This document shows positions 13,181 to 28,469 of a stretch of DNA of 64,000 nt, piece after piece. The translations under genes and the position numbers were made by a program. The stretch lies in NCBI RefSeq assembly GCF_035084215.1, contig NW_027139623.1, positions 2,418,001 through 2,482,000 on the forward strand. The letters run 5' to 3'. Positions within the stretch are counted from its first letter, which is position 1. Each line of letters begins with the position of its first letter. The stretch comes from Heptranchias perlo. Lineage: Eukaryota. The notes under the pieces were generated by a model, which had not been told where the DNA came from, ran no database searches, and was given only the letters and a program-made list of their open reading frames with translations.

Positions 13181-13423
13181 TGGCGGGATTTTTGAAATTG
13201 AAGCTGGACTTTGTCCCGTTCCGGAAAGCAATGACCGGGGCTTTATTCCCGCCCGTTTACAGACAGATCAGAGAATGAACCGGAATGTGAAACAGCCTGA
13301 GATTTGGGCTGAGGAGAAGGAAATAATGGAGATTATAAAGAGAGAGATTCTTAAATTGCTGGAGGGAAATGAGATTTTCTTGAAACTGTTATTTGATGCT
13401 CTGAAATTGGCGGGCTTTTTGAA
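13181..13423 (+). promoter_or_regulatory. Two CDE/CHR-type elements upstream of H3
   Basis: GGCGG-GATT-TTTGAA (13182-13196) and GGCGG-GCTT-TTTGAA (13409-13423). Confidence 0.6.
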
Positions 13424-13617
13424 ATTGATGATTAATTTCAGCTCAGCCAATTGGGGCCCAATATCTCCCGCCGTTTCGGTCTGACTGACAGAGCGCGGTT
13501 CAAACCTGCGAATCACAGTCCCTCCCTGACAGGGTGTGGGACTGAAGCCAATCAGAGGCCAGGGGCGGATCCCCTTAGACACTTTATAAGGCGGCCCCAG
13601 AGCGCAGTCCGTATTAA

Positions 13618-14067
<450 letters not shown>

Positions 14068-15433
14068 ACCCGACCCGGCTTCAGCACCAAGTGCAACAAA
14101 GGCTCTTTTCAGAGCCACCAAATCGGCGATGGAAAGAGCTGTGATCTCCTGGGTTGAAATCGCAGGGCCGAGCAGTTCACAGAATGTTGATTGAATGGGA
14201 AATTTATGGAGGGGAGGGAGCGGATGTCAGACGGTGAGGCCTGATGGGCCAACAGTTAATCATAACAGCGGAGAGATGGGAGCAGAGCCCATCTCCGTTT
14301 TATGGCTAAGATTCACCACCAGACGTACAGGAGTGCCAATTCCAGACTAACCAGCATGAGGAATTTGAACGGAGACAGTTTCATTTCCACACACGCATGA
14401 CTGGAGGGAGATGAATTCCACCAGACTGACACTCATCACCTCCAATGCCTCATTCGGACAGAGAAAGTTCTGATTCCGACCCCACTCTTTCACATGAGGT
14501 ACATACACCCCCAGTGGGACATAGAGAGGGACTCGTGCACTGGTGGAAGGTACGAGCGATACAAGTTCTCATTTCCAATGTAGTGTCAGCTTGGATCGGT
14601 TGGAAACACTCGAATGTCGGAGTCAGGGGTTTAAAAGTTCGAGCCTCACTCCAACACTTTACTGGACATTTGAGTCCAGCACTGAAGGACAGGTGCAATC
14701 GGACGGGATCTAAAACCTATGCTGGATGTAAGGAACCAGACTCGGATCAAATGACGTTTCAGTCTATTGTCCCCCTGCAGCTATAGTGTCAGAGGCTGTT
14801 TCAATGTAACTCTCGCACTAATAGATCCAGAGGCAATGTGTGTCTTGCTCTCCGTCAGCGCTAGAATCAGAATCAGAAACATTAGTGTTACATTCACTGA
14901 GCAGGAACAGGCCGACAGGGAGAGTATCATTCCCTCAATCACATCCAATAACAGGGGCAAATATCACTCACATTCTTGATTCAGCAATCGCTGACACAAT
15001 AATCAACAGTCAGCTTCTGTTGTGCAAATCTGGGGAAAATAATACAGACCGAGCAAATGATGTCGGAGGATGGGATGTAAATAATAATGGGTGGAACACA
15101 ACGGAATACCTCTTGATGCCGTTGATCAAACGTCCCTGTTATTTCTGTATCCCACCCGCCCACTTTAATGACAATTCTGGTATTTTGTCACATTCCCCAA
15201 ACTGCAAATTTCAATTAATTGGAGGTTGGCGACATCTGCTGTCCGGAAGCGAGTACTTCAACAGACCGATATGGATCATTTGTATTTTACAAGTTATTGT
15301 TAGTTCTACAATCGGAATCAAGTCCTTATTAAATTGATTCCTGACTCTCTTCAGACAGTAACCAGCCCTTTCACAGACACAGTGGATGGCTCTGAAAAGA
15401 GCCTTTGGGTTATCAGATTAAATCTTGGCCGCT

Positions 15434-15874
<441 letters not shown>

Positions 15875-16704
15875 TTACCCTTCTTACAGACTGAAAGATC
15901 ATCTGATTGGTTGTTCTTTAATACACCTCATTTGCCTATTTCATTAACCAATCAGATAGCTGGGAATCAGAAGAGGGCGGGATTTACCGGCCTCAACGGT
16001 CAGACAAGGAATTTGATGAATTTCAAAAAGCCCGCCAATTTCAGTGTAGTAAAGGACCGGATTTCGATCAATGTTCTCCCTGAGCACAAGATTTTAAACC
16101 CGTTCTTTTTATCTTGTCTTATTCAGCGCTACCCGTCACCAATCGCTGGCGCTGTTTTAAAATCTGCTTTAAATTATCGCTAATTTTATCATCGCTTTCA
16201 AACTGTACCGTTCGGGACGAAATCCCCATTCACAGCATTCCGTGAAGGGACACGTTTCAATTTAGTCTTTATAAAAGTGACACGTTATAGATTGGTCCCT
16301 TCTCACAGAGCCGAGAGTGTTTCTGTGAAAAGACGGACCCGGACGGAGTTCTCATTCTGCCCCGACTCCGCTGTGTTACTGCAAGGGGTGGGTTTGCTTT
16401 TAATGTGGGGAGACTGAATTCATAGAGATAATGGAAATGCTAAGGGGTCATTCAGGGTGTGTTCGTCGCCGGAATAGTAACGCTTTAAGAACAAAGCGAA
16501 TGGGAAGGAGCGGATCAGAAACTCGTGTTCAGTTTATGGGTCAGAAATTTCAATGGCGTAGAGTATCAGTTTTCGATTGGAATAATAGCGCGGTATTAAA
16601 AACATACTATGTAAATATATCGGAAATGCAGCTCCTTCAGAGAGGTTGTGGGTGGCTCTTAAAAGAGCCTTTGTGTTTATTTTTTTTCAGTACATTGTGG
16701 AGTT

Positions 16705-17079
16705 TTACTTGGAGCTGGTGTACTTGGTCACCGCCTTTGTCCCTTCAGACACGGCGTGCTTGGCCAGTTCCCCGGGCAGCAGCAGGCGCACGGCGGTCTG
16801 GATCTCCCGGGAGCTGATGGTGTGCCGTTTATTATAATGGGCCAGGCGGGAAGCCTCACTCGCGATGCGCTCGAAAATATCGTTCACAAAGGAGTTCATG
16901 ATGCTCATGGCCTTGGAGGAGATGCCGGTGTCGGGGTGAACCTGCTTCATCACTTTGTAGACGTAGATGGAGTAACTCTCCTTCCTCGACTTTCTCCGCT
17001 TCTTGCCGCCCTTGGCTGGTGCTTTACTCAAGGTTTTCTTGGCGCCCTTCTTGGGAGCTGCTTTCTTCTCCTCAGGCAT
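16705..17079 (-). CDS. H2B: Histone H2B
   Basis: 124-aa H2B with IASEA and KRHTIS variants; stem-loop 16654-16669. Confidence 0.97.
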   Translation of the reverse strand: MPEEKKAAPKKGAKKTLSKAPAKGGKKRRKSRKESYSIYVYKVMKQVHPDTGISSKAMSIMNSFVNDIFERIASEASRLAHYNKRHTISSREIQTAVRLLLPGELAKHAVSEGTKAVTKYTSSK

Positions 17080-17539
17080 TTTCAAACTCAATTTCAGACC
17101 CAGAAATGACCCAAATCCGCTCCGAGCTCGGATTAAATAGGCAGCCCCACAGCCCAATGGTAATGAGGGATGGAGGAAGGCAATGATTGTGATTGGACGA
17201 TTGGGCGTGAGGACACAAAACATTTACTTTCACTCTCTGATTGGTTTCTTCAGATATCCAATCACATTTAGTATCTGCCACCAATCACAAACACGCTCAC
17301 ACTGCACATTGTCCGGTTTCAGCAATTTGTTCCGAACTGTTGCAGTTCTGCTTCCGGCCAGTAGATGTCCCCAAACCCCGGGTCATTGAAGTTGACAGAT
17401 GAGAGAGGGACAGAAGATAAACTCATTCTTCACATTATATTGCACGGGTGGGATTTGGAGAAACTGGGAATGGAGAACATTTTGTTGGACCAAACATGAG
17501 TTGGAATGCTGTATTAAATGCTTGTAATTAATTTTGGGG

Positions 17540-18520
17540 GTATAGCCTAAACTGAGGAAGAATGCAACAAAATACAAGAAGATTTAATAAGCTTGATGAA
17601 AGGCGGAGGAAATGGACATTCAGTTACCAAATAGAAAGTTGTGAGGTGGTGCATTTTGCTCGGGGGAATAAGGAGGCCAAACACTGCTTGGAAAATAAGA
17701 GTCTAAATGGTGTAGAAGAGCAAAGTGATTTAGGGGTACAGATTGACAAATCATTAAAAGTAGCAACACAGGTTGATGAGGCCACAGAAAGCAAACACAG
17801 CACTGGGGTTTATTTCTAGAGGAATAGAATTGATAAGCAGATAAGTTATGGTGAACTGTAATTTAAACTGTCAAACCTTCTGCCAAACTGTTAAACCTTC
17901 CCTTTCTGAAATCCATGCTGACTATTCTTTATTATATTTTCGGTTTCTAGATGTTTTTCTATTGCTTCATTGAGTAAAAGATTCCATGATCATTCCTACC
18001 ACCGACCTTTAGTTAACTGGTCTATAGTTCCCTGGAATTGTTCTATCTCCTGTTTTAAATTATAAGAATCACATTAACTGTCATCCAGTCCTCTGGCACT
18101 ATTCCTTTTTGTGATGATTTTTTCTGTATATGTAACAGTGCCTCTGCTATCTTTTCCCTTGCTTCATTTAATATGTGCAGATGCAATCCATCTGGACCAG
18201 GAGTTTAACCACCCTTTCTAACTTAAATGTCTTGATATATTTATTGACCTCTTCCTCTAATATCATGTTCACCCTGTTAATCTCCCGGGTAAATACTGAG
18301 GAAAAGTAATCATTCAATATTTCTGGCATTTCACTGACGTTACCACTGAGTTTATTTTGTGCATCCCTTTGTGGCACTGAAGCTATTCTGATTTTCCTTG
18401 TTTTATTTATGCATCTGTAGAATAATTTACTGTTTCTTTTGATATTCCTTGATAATTTAATTTCGTAGTTCCTCTTTGCTTCCCCAATTGTTCTTGTGAA
18501 ATCTTCCTGACCGTTTCCTA
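17540..18520. mobile_element. Decayed CR1 LINE pieces (inverted copy of 1860-2850)
   Basis: Same peptides in mirrored orientation. Confidence 0.8.
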
Positions 18521-18686
18521 TTCTCTGTTGTCATCCTCTTATTTAATATTTATGAATGAGAAATTCCACCAGCTTGTTGTGTCTGTTCAGGGGCTGGTGT
18601 TTGGGAAATATTTATTGTCTGTGATTAAAGTACCAGAAACTCAAAACCCAAACTCCACAGAAACACTCCATTTCTCCCTCTGAGTG

Positions 18687-18762
18687 AACTAAGGCGCTAT
18701 AATGGTGAGTATAGCTGCCTTCCAAACAGTTAATTCCAACAGGTTTGAATCCCAGTTCGCTT
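18687..18762 (+). pseudogene. tRNA-Gly(TCC)-derived pseudogene
   Basis: TATAATGGTGAGTATAGCTGCCTTCCAAACAGTT...GGTTTGAATCCC. Confidence 0.7.
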
Positions 18763-19529
18763 AATTCAGAAACACCAAGACTGGAACCGAATTTGATGAT
18801 GTTCAGAGGGATCGTGCTTCCAAAACATAAACGGGTGTAATTTATATTAAAAAATACTTTTAAAGCTCATTTATTTCCCCCATAATGTTGAATTTAACTC
18901 TGTCCCTTTGTATTATTATTTCCCCTGATCTGTACTGTGGATATTGGACACAATTGTCCGGATTCAGTGAAATTAATTGATTTTCTGAAGTTTTTCCCTC
19001 TGCTGAATCCCGTTCCTTATTTAAATTATGTCGGATTAATCTTTCTGATCTGTAGAAGGGTCATAGTCCTGACCCGTTAACCCGAGCTTCCCTTCTCCAC
19101 AGATGCTGCCTGACCTGCTGAGTCTTTCCAGCATTTTTGGTATTTGTTTCTCTCTATTTTATCCCTTTCACCTTTGACGGTCGCCATTAAAACTTCCAGC
19201 TTTGTGCTCAGTTTTTATTTCTGTTTCAGTTCGGTTTATTTGTATTAATCTAAATCGTGTCCTGAGAAATCAGACAGAAATATTGCGCAATGTCGAGTGA
19301 AATATAATGGGGCAAATTCACAACTATCGAATGAGTGAAACAAAAACTTTATTCTGAATCAATTGTCTTAATATTTCACTGTCAAAATATGAAAAAATAC
19401 GAGAGTAGAAGTTACAGAGAGAAACTATTTCCTCACATTGCACTTTGTCCTGAATCTGTCACAACGACAGACAATGTGAATTTGTTCCACTCTGTTACAG
19501 TTCTCACTTCCGGCCAGTAGATGTCAGAC

Positions 19530-20290
19530 TGTATATTCATTCTTTATCTGTCAGTCTCCAGTACTGTCTCTGAGTTTGAGATTAATTCTCTCTCTTCAGT
19601 CTCTGGTACTGTGTGTGAGTGTGAAATTCATAATATATCTGTCAGTCTCCAGTACTGTATGTGAGTGTGGGATTTACTCTGTATCTGTCAGTCTCCGGTA
19701 CTGTGTGTGATTGTGGGAATAATTCTGAATTTGTCAGTCTCTGGTACTCTGTGTGAATTTAGGATTAACTCTGTATCTGTCAGACTCAGGTACTGTGTGT
19801 GAGTGTGAGATTCATAATATATCTGTCAGTCACCAGTACTGTATGTGAGTGTGGGATTTACTCTGTATCTGTCAGTCTCCGGTACTGTATGTGAGTGTGG
19901 GATTTACTCTGTATCTGTCAGTCTCTGGTACTGTGTGTGATTGTGGGAATAATTCTGAATTTGTCAGTCTCTGGTACTCTGTGTGAATTTAGGATTAACT
20001 CTGTATCTGTCAGACTCAGGTACTGTGTGTGAGTGTGAGATTCATAATATATCTGTCAGTCTCCGGTACTTTATGTGAGTGTGGGATTTACTCTGTATCT
20101 GTCAGTCTCAGGTACTGTGTGTGAGTGTGGGATTCATTCTGAATCTGTCAGTCTCTGGTGCTGTGTGTGAGTGTGGGATTCATTCTGAATCTGTCAGACT
20201 CTGGTGCTGCCTGTGAGTGTGGGATTCATTCTGCGACAGTCAGTCTCTGGTATTATATCTCAGCGTAGGATTCATTCTGTAACTCAATCT
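19530..20290. repeat. 46-bp satellite
   Basis: Tandem 46-bp units. Confidence 0.9.
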
Positions 20291-20529
20291 CTGGGACAAA
20301 GTGCAAGTCTGGATTCGTTCTGTATTTTTATTTCAGTTTGCAGTATGTTGCATGAAACTGTGTCTTTAATGCATGGTCCTTTGTCTAGCGTTAATTTGTA
20401 ATTATGGATACACTTTTGGATTTTGTTTTAATCAAACAATGTTTGTGAGTTTTGATGTAGGATTATATCTTAATTTCTGTGAATACTATTTTAAATGATA
20501 ATGTACATTTCAATACCTTACTGTGAAAT

Positions 20530-21620
20530 TATTGGACGGGTATTTATTGTGTAGCTCAGTCTGGGCTAGTGGAATTGATACTTTATCTTTCAAGCTGACA
20601 CTGTGTGATTTTTGGACTGGTATTTAATGTGTAGTTCAGTCTGCATTAATGGGATTGATACTGTATCTTTCAGTCTGACACTGTGTGCTGTATTTGGACT
20701 TGTGTGTAAGGAATAACTCAGTCTGCAATAATGGTATTGATGCCGTACCTTTCAGCATGAGTTGATCTGATTATTGGACTGGTTTGCAATGTGTAGCTTA
20801 GTCAACATGAATAGGATTTATACTGTATCTTTCAGTACGATAATGTATTCGAATGTTGGACCATATATAATATGAAGCTCAATCTGCACTAATGGAATTG
20901 ATTCTGTATCTTTCAATCTGACACTGAGATTTTTGGGCTGGTGTCTGTTGTGTAGCTCAGTCTGCACAAATGGAATTCAAACTGCATCTTTCAGCATGAC
21001 CCTGAATGTGATTTCTGGACTGGTATCTAATGTGCAGCTCAGTCTGCACTAATGGGATTGATACTGTATCTTTCAGTCAGATACTGTGTGAGATTTGTAT
21101 GCTGGTATGTAACGTGTGGGTCAGTCTGTACTAATCAAATCGAAACAGTATCTTTCAATCTGACACAGAGATTTTTAGACTGGTATGTGATGTGTAGCTC
21201 AGTCTGCATTAATGGAATTGATACTGTATCTTTCAAGCTGATACTGTATGAGAATTTTGGACTTGTATCTAATGTGCAACACAGTCTCCGGTAAAGGAAT
21301 TGAAACTGTACATTTCATTCAGACACTATGAGATTTTTGGACATATGTGATTCAAATATGGGCAACATCTGAACTGATATCTAATTTATATCTTAGTGTC
21401 CAATATTGTCATGAATACTGCATCTTTAAGCTCATAATGTGTGAGTTGTGGGCTGGTATTTAATTTGAATCTTGGAGTACACTATTGGAATTCATTCTGT
21501 ATCTATCGATCAGTACCATGTGTCAGTTCTATCTGTTATTTAATTTGTCGCGAAGGCTGAACTAATATGAGATTAACACAGTGCCTTTCAATCTGATACT
21601 GGGTGTGATTTTGGACTGGG
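20530..21620. repeat. Degenerate ~70-bp tandem repeat
   Basis: Recurring GTAGCTCAGTCTGCACTAATGGAATTGATACTGTATCTTTCA; related at 25270-26370 and 40480-42650. Confidence 0.8.
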
Positions 21621-22683
21621 AATTATTTATCTACCGGTCAGCGGTACTGAGTTGTTGTGAAATGGAAATTCCGTCTGTCTCTCCTGCTCTGTTTGACTGT
21701 TGGATTGGGATCAGTGTAGGATTAAATATTTCTGCTTGTCTGAGAATGTGGGAGTGATGACCTGTCTGTGTCTCTGTGCTCTGTGAGTGATAATATACAT
21801 ACTGTGTGTGAGAAGGAGCTGGCTGCACTGTTCCTTGTGCCTCGAGTGGAGGAAACATCACACTGATTCTGGGTCCTTCAAGGATTTGCCTCTGGAAGAA
21901 AAAGTATCTCTTGTAATTCAAGAACAGGTGAGGTAGAAAATACAAAAGTGATCAATTGAATCTCTCTGTTAATAATCATTGTAATATCCACAAATTAAAA
22001 CCAGCGATACAAACAGTGTCAGTGTCTGACTCCACTGCAGTACTGCAGCACTCAGCTTCTGCACACCAGGTGTGTTGGGCTGTTTTACAACAATTTAGTG
22101 ACATCCAAACACGGCCCACCCCCTGCACTGATCCATCAATGGGACTACCCGATGGGGCGGGGAGCTTTGCACATATCAGATTTCTAATCCCCTCTCCCTT
22201 GGGACTAACCAATCAACCGAAACAAAACAGCCGCTGTTTAAAATGTGTCCTTCAAACTTCTCACATGATGCCTGCAATAGATGCTCTTTGTATAACACCC
22301 CACATCCTTACTGTCCGGCTCTGTTTACTGTTCAATAACAAACAAGAAATGTTAATGGGCGGGTTTAAAAAAAAATCAGATTTAATACCTGACACCAATC
22401 ACAAACACGCTCACACTGCACATTGTCCGGTTTCAGCAATTTGTTCCGAACTGTTGCAGTTCTGCTTCCGGCCAGTAGATGTCCCCAAACCCCGGGTCAT
22501 TGAAGTTTACAGATGAGAGAGGGACAGAAGATAAACTCATTCTTCACATTATATTGCACGGGTGGGATTTAGAAAAACTGGGAATGGAGACGAGCTGCAA
22601 GTACATTTTGTTGGACCAAACACTACTTGTAATGCTGTGTTAAATTCTGTAATTGATTGAGGGGATACTGTCGAAACTGAGGA

Positions 22684-24205
22684 CATTTTCATGCACAAGT
22701 TCGAGCAGGACTTCTTCACTGCACAAGACCTCCAACCAACACTATACACCAGATACATCGACGACATTTTCTTTCTATGGACCCATGGCAAGGAATCACT
22801 AAAGAGACTACACGATAACATCAACAAGTTCCATCCCACCATCAAGCTCACCATGGACTACTCCTCAGAATCAGTTTCTTTCTTGGACACACGAATCTCC
22901 ATCAAAGACGGGCACCTCAGCACCTCACTCTACCGCAAGCCCACGGACAACCTCACGATGCTCCACTTTTCCAGCTTCCACCCTAACCACGTCAAAGAGG
23001 CCATCCCCTATGGACAGGCCCTGCGAATACACAGGGTCTGCTCAGACGAGGAGGAACGCGATGGACACCTACAGACGCTGAAAGACGCCCGAGTAAGAAC
23101 GGGATATGACGCTCGACTCATCGATCGACAGTTCCGACGGGCCACAGCAAAAAATCGCATAGACCTCCTCAGGAGACTAACACGGGACGCAACCAACAGA
23201 GTACCCTTTGTCGTCCAGTACTTCCCTGGAGCGGAGAAACTACGCCATGTTCTCCGCAGCCTTCAACATGTCATCAATGAGGACAAACACCTCGCTATGG
23301 CCATCCCCACACCTCCACTACTCGTCTTTAAACAGCCACCCAACCTCAAACAGACCATCGTTCGCAGCAAATTACCTAGCTTTCAAGAGAACAGCGTCCA
23401 CGACGCCACACAACCCTGCCACGGTAACCTCTGCAAGACATGCCAGATCATCGACACAGATACCACCATCACACGAGAGGACACCACCCACCAGGTGCAT
23501 GGTTCATACTCCTGTGACTCAGCCAACGTTGTCTACCTCATACGTTGCAGGAAAGGATGCCCCAGAGCATGGTGCATTGGCGAGACCATGCAGACACTGC
23601 GACAACGGATGAACGGACACCGCGCAACAATCGCCAAACAGGAGGGTTCCCTCCCAGTCGGGGAACACTTCAGCAGTCATGGACATTCATCCACCGACCT
23701 TCGGGTAAGCGTACTCCAAGGCGGCCTTCGAGACACACGACAACGCAAAATCGTCGAGCAGAAATTGATAGCCAAGTTCCGCACCCATGAGGACGGCCTC
23801 AACCGGGATCTTGGGTTCATGTCACGCTACACGTTACCCCACCAGCGAACAAATGTTATCTGTTTTTAATATAATGGGTCATTTGCTGGCTCTCTCTGCC
23901 TTCCGGATGTTTCTGCCTCTCTCTGTTTTTTTTCTCTGTTTTTTTTTCCCTGTTTGTTTTTTTGTTGAATGTGTATTCGGGGGTTCTGCAGGTGACACCT
24001 CTCTGTCTGAACACGGTGATTGCCTTGGCAACGGGCAGTTGCAGGGGCAGTCTGTAAACACCATGTATTGTTCTATATGTATAAATGCGTAGGCTTCAAG
24101 GAGCTCCTGAAACATTTACCTGAGAAAGGAGGAAGTCTCCGAAAGCTTGTGAATTTAAAATAAAATTGCTGGACTATAACTTGGTATTGTAAAATTGTTT
24201 ACAAT
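22684..24205 (+). mobile_element. 5'-truncated Penelope-like retroelement at the palindrome centre
   Basis: ORF 22691-23869: RT C-terminal part (YIDD), thumb, C-rich linker, GIY-YIG with YIG>CIG; 3' UTR ends GTTTACAATT. Confidence 0.95.
24114..24154 (+). ncRNA. Hammerhead motif with mutated core
   Basis: Same fold as 6905-6945 but CTGAGAA (G8A) instead of CTGAGGA. Confidence 0.65.
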
Positions 24206-25269
24206 TCCTCAGTATAGACAGTATCCCCTCAATCAATTACAGAATTTAACACAGCATTACAAGTAGTGTTTGGTCCAACAAAATGTACTTACAGCTCGTC
24301 TCCATTCCCAGTTTTTCTAAATCCCACCCGTGCAATATAATGTGAAGAATGAGTTTATCTTCTGTCCCTCTCTCATCTGTAAACTTCAATGACCCGGGGT
24401 TTGGGGACATCTACTGGCCGGAAGCAGAACTGCAACAGTTCGGAACAAATTGCTGAAACCGGACAATGTGCAGTGTGAGCGTGTTTGTGATTTGTGGCAG
24501 GTATTAAATCTGATTTTTTTTTAAACCCGCCCATTAACATTTCTTGTTTGTTATTGAACAGTAAACAGAGCCGGACAGTAAGGATGTGGGGTGTTATACA
24601 AAGAGCATCTATTGCAGGCATCATGTGAGAAGTTTGAAGGACACATTTTAAACAGTGGCTGTTTTGTTTCGGTTGAATGGTTCATTCCAAGGGAGAGGGG
24701 ATTAGAAATCTGATATGTGCAAAGCTCCCCGCCCCATCGGGTAGTCCCATTGATGGATCAGTGCAGGGGGTGGGCCGTGTTTGGATGTCACTAAATTGTT
24801 GTAAAACAGCCCAACACACCTGGTGTGCAGAAGCTGAGTGCTGCAGTACTGCAGTGGAGTCAGACACTGACACTGTTTGTATCGCTGGTTTTCATTTGTG
24901 GATTTTACAATGATTATTAACAGAGAGATTCAATTGATCACTTTTGTATTTTCTACCTCACCTGTTCTTGAATTACAAGAGATACTTTTTCTTCCAGAGG
25001 CAAATCCTTGAAGGACCCAGAATCAGTGTGATGTTTCCTCCACTCGAGGCACATGGAACAGTGCAGCCAGCTCCTTCTCACACACAGTATGTATATTATC
25101 ACTCACAGAGCACAGAGACACAGACAGGTCATCACTCCCACAGTCTCAGACAAGCAGAAATATTTAATCCTACACTGATCCCAATCCAACAGTCAAACAG
25201 AGCAGGAGAGACAGATGGAATTTCCATTTCACAACAACTCAGTACCACTGACGGGCAGATAAATAATTC

Positions 25270-27450
25270 CCAGTCCAAAATCACACCCAGTATCAGATTG
25301 AAAGGCACTGTGTCAATCTCATATTAGTTCAGCCTTAGCTACAAATTAAATACCAGATAGAACTGACACATGGTACCGATTGATAGATACAGAATCAATC
25401 ACAATAGTGTACCCCGAGATTCAAATTAAATACCAGCCCACAACTCACACACATTATGAGCTTAAAGATGCAGTATTCATGACAATATTGGACACTAAGA
25501 TATAAATTAGATACCAGTTCAGATGTTACCTATATTTGCATCACATATATGTCCAAAAATCTCATAGTGTCTGAATGAAATGGACAGTTTCAATTCCTTT
25601 ACCGGAGACTGTGTTGCACATTAGATACAAGTCCAAAATTCTCATACAGTATCAGATTGAAAGATACAGTATCAATTCCATTAATGCAGACTGAGCTACA
25701 CATCACATACCAGTCTAAAAATCTCTGTGTCAGATTGAAAGATACAGTTTCGATTTGATTAGTACAGACTGACCCACACGTTACATACCAGCATACAAAT
25801 CTCACACAGTATCTGACTGAAAGATACAGTATCAATCCCATTAGTGCAGACTGAGCTGCACATTAGATACCAGTCCAGAAATCACATTCAGGGTCATGCT
25901 GAAAGATGCAGTTTGAATTCCATTTGTGCAGACTGAGCTACACAACAGACACCAGCCCAAAAATCTCAGTGTCAGATTGAAAGATACAGTATCAATTCCA
26001 TTAGTGCAGATTGAGCTTCATATTATATATGGTCCAACATTCGAATACATTATCGTACTGAAAGATACAGTATCAATCCTATTCATGTTGACTAAGCTGC
26101 ACATTGCAAACCAGTCCAATAATCAGATCAACTCATGCTGAAAGGTACGGCATCAATACCATTATTGCAGACTGAGTTATTCCTTACACACAAGTCCAAA
26201 TACAGCACACAGTGTCAGACTGAAAGATACAGTATCAATCCCATTAATGCAGACTGAACTACACATTAAATACCAGTCCAAAAATCACACAGTGTCAGCT
26301 TGAAAGATAAAGTATCAATTCCACTAGCCCAGACTGAGCTACACAATAAATACCCGTCCAATAATTTCACAGTAAGGTATTAAAATGTACATTATCATTT
26401 AAAATAGTATTCACAGAAATTAAGATATAATCCTACATCAAAACTCACAAACATTGTTTGATTAAAACAAAATCCAAAAGTGTATCCATAATTACAAATT
26501 AACGCTAGACAAAGGACCATGCATTAAAGACACAGTTTCATGCAACATACTGCAAACTGAAATAAAAATACAGAACGAATCCAGACTTGCACTTTGTCCC
26601 AGAGATTGAGTTACAGAATGAATCCTACGCTGAGATATAATACCAGAGACTGACTGTCGCAGAATGAATCCCACACTCACAGGCAGCACCAGAGACTGAC
26701 AGATTCAGAATGAATCCCACACTCACACACAGTACCAGAGACTGACAGATTCTGAATGAATCCCACACTCACACACAGTACCTGAGACTGACAGATACAG
26801 AGTAAATCCTACATTCACACACAGTACCAAAGACTGACAAATTCAGAATTAATCCCTCACTCACACACAGTACCAGAGACTGACAGATACAGAGTAAATC
26901 CCACACTCACATAAAGTACCGGAGACTGACAGATATATTATGAATCTCACACTCACACACAGTACCTGAGTCTGACAGATACAGAGTTAATCCTAAATTC
27001 ACACAGAGTACCAGAGACTGACAAATTCAGAATTATTCCCACAATCACACACAGTACCAGAGACTGACAGATACAGAGTAAATCCCACACTCACATACAG
27101 TACCGGAGACTGACAGATACAGAGTAAATCCCACACTCACATACAGTACTGGTGACTGACAGATATATTATGAATCTCACACTCACACACAGTACCTGAG
27201 TCTGACAGATACAGAGTTAATCCTAATTTCACACAGAGTACCAGAGACTGACAAATTCAGAATTATTCCCACAATCACACACAGTACCGGAGACTGACAG
27301 ATACAGAGTAAATCCCACACTCACATACAGTACTGGAGACTGACAGATATATTATGAATTTCACACTCACACACAGTACCAGAGACTGAAGAGAGAGAAT
27401 TAATCTCAAACTCAGAGACAGTACTGGAGACTGACAGATAAAGAATGAAT
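25270..27450. repeat. ~70-bp degenerate repeat (to ~26370) and 46-bp satellite (~26640-27450)
   Basis: Mirror of 19530-21620; satellite is 92 bp (2 units) longer than on the left arm. Confidence 0.85.
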
Positions 27451-28223
27451 ATACAGTCTGACATCTACTGGCCGGAAGTGAGAACTGTAACAGAGTGGAA
27501 CAAATTCACATTGTCTGTCGTTGTGACAGATTCAGGACAAAGTGCAATGTGAGGAAATAGTTTCTCTCTGTAACTTCTACTCTCGTATTTTTTCATATTT
27601 TGACAGTGAAATATTAAGACAATTGATTCAGAATAAAGTTTTTGTTTCACTCAAGCGATAGTTGTGAATTTGCCCCATTATATTTCACTCGACATTGCGC
27701 AATATTTCTGTCTGATTTCTCAGGACACGATTTAGATTAATACAAATAAACCGAACTGAAACAGAAATAAAAACTGAGCACAAAGCTGGAAGTTTTAATG
27801 GCGACCGTCAAAGGTGAAAGGGATAAAATAGAGAGAAAAAAATACCAAAAATGCTGGAAAGACTCAGCAGGTCCGGCAGCATCTGTGGAGAAGGGAAGCT
27901 CGGGTTAACGGGTCAGGACTATGACCCTTCTACAGATCAGAAAGATTAATCCGACATAATTTAAATAAGGAACGGGAATCAGCAGAGGGAAAAACTTCAG
28001 AAAATCAATTAATTTCACTGAATCCGGACAATTGTGTCCAATATCCACAGTACAGATCAGGGGAAATAATAATACAAAGGGACAGAGTTAAATTCAACAT
28101 TATGGGGGAAATAAATGAGCTTTAAAGGTATTTTTTAATATAAATTACACCCGTTTATGTTTTGGAAGCACGATCCCTCTGAACATCATCAAATTCGGTT
28201 CCAGTCTTGGTGTTTCTGAATTA

Positions 28224-28297
28224 AGCGAACTGGGATTCAAACCTGTTGGAATTAACTGTTTGGAAGGCAGCTATACTCACCATTATAGCGCATTAGT
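28224..28297 (-). pseudogene. tRNA-Gly(TCC)-derived pseudogene
   Basis: Mirror of 18687-18762. Confidence 0.7.
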
Positions 28298-28469
28298 TCA
28301 CTCAGAGGGAGAAATGGAGTGTTTCTGTGGAGTTTGGGTTTTGAGTTTCTGGTACTTTAATCACAGACAATAAATATTTCCCAAACACCAGCCCCTGAAC
28401 AGACACAACAAGCTGGTGGAATTTCTCATTCATAAATATTAAATGAGAGGATGACAACAGAGAATAGGA

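Noticed and set aside
20590-21230. GTAGCTCAGT motifs as tRNA A-boxes
   Set aside because: They are part of the ~70-bp repeat, with no B-box or cloverleaf
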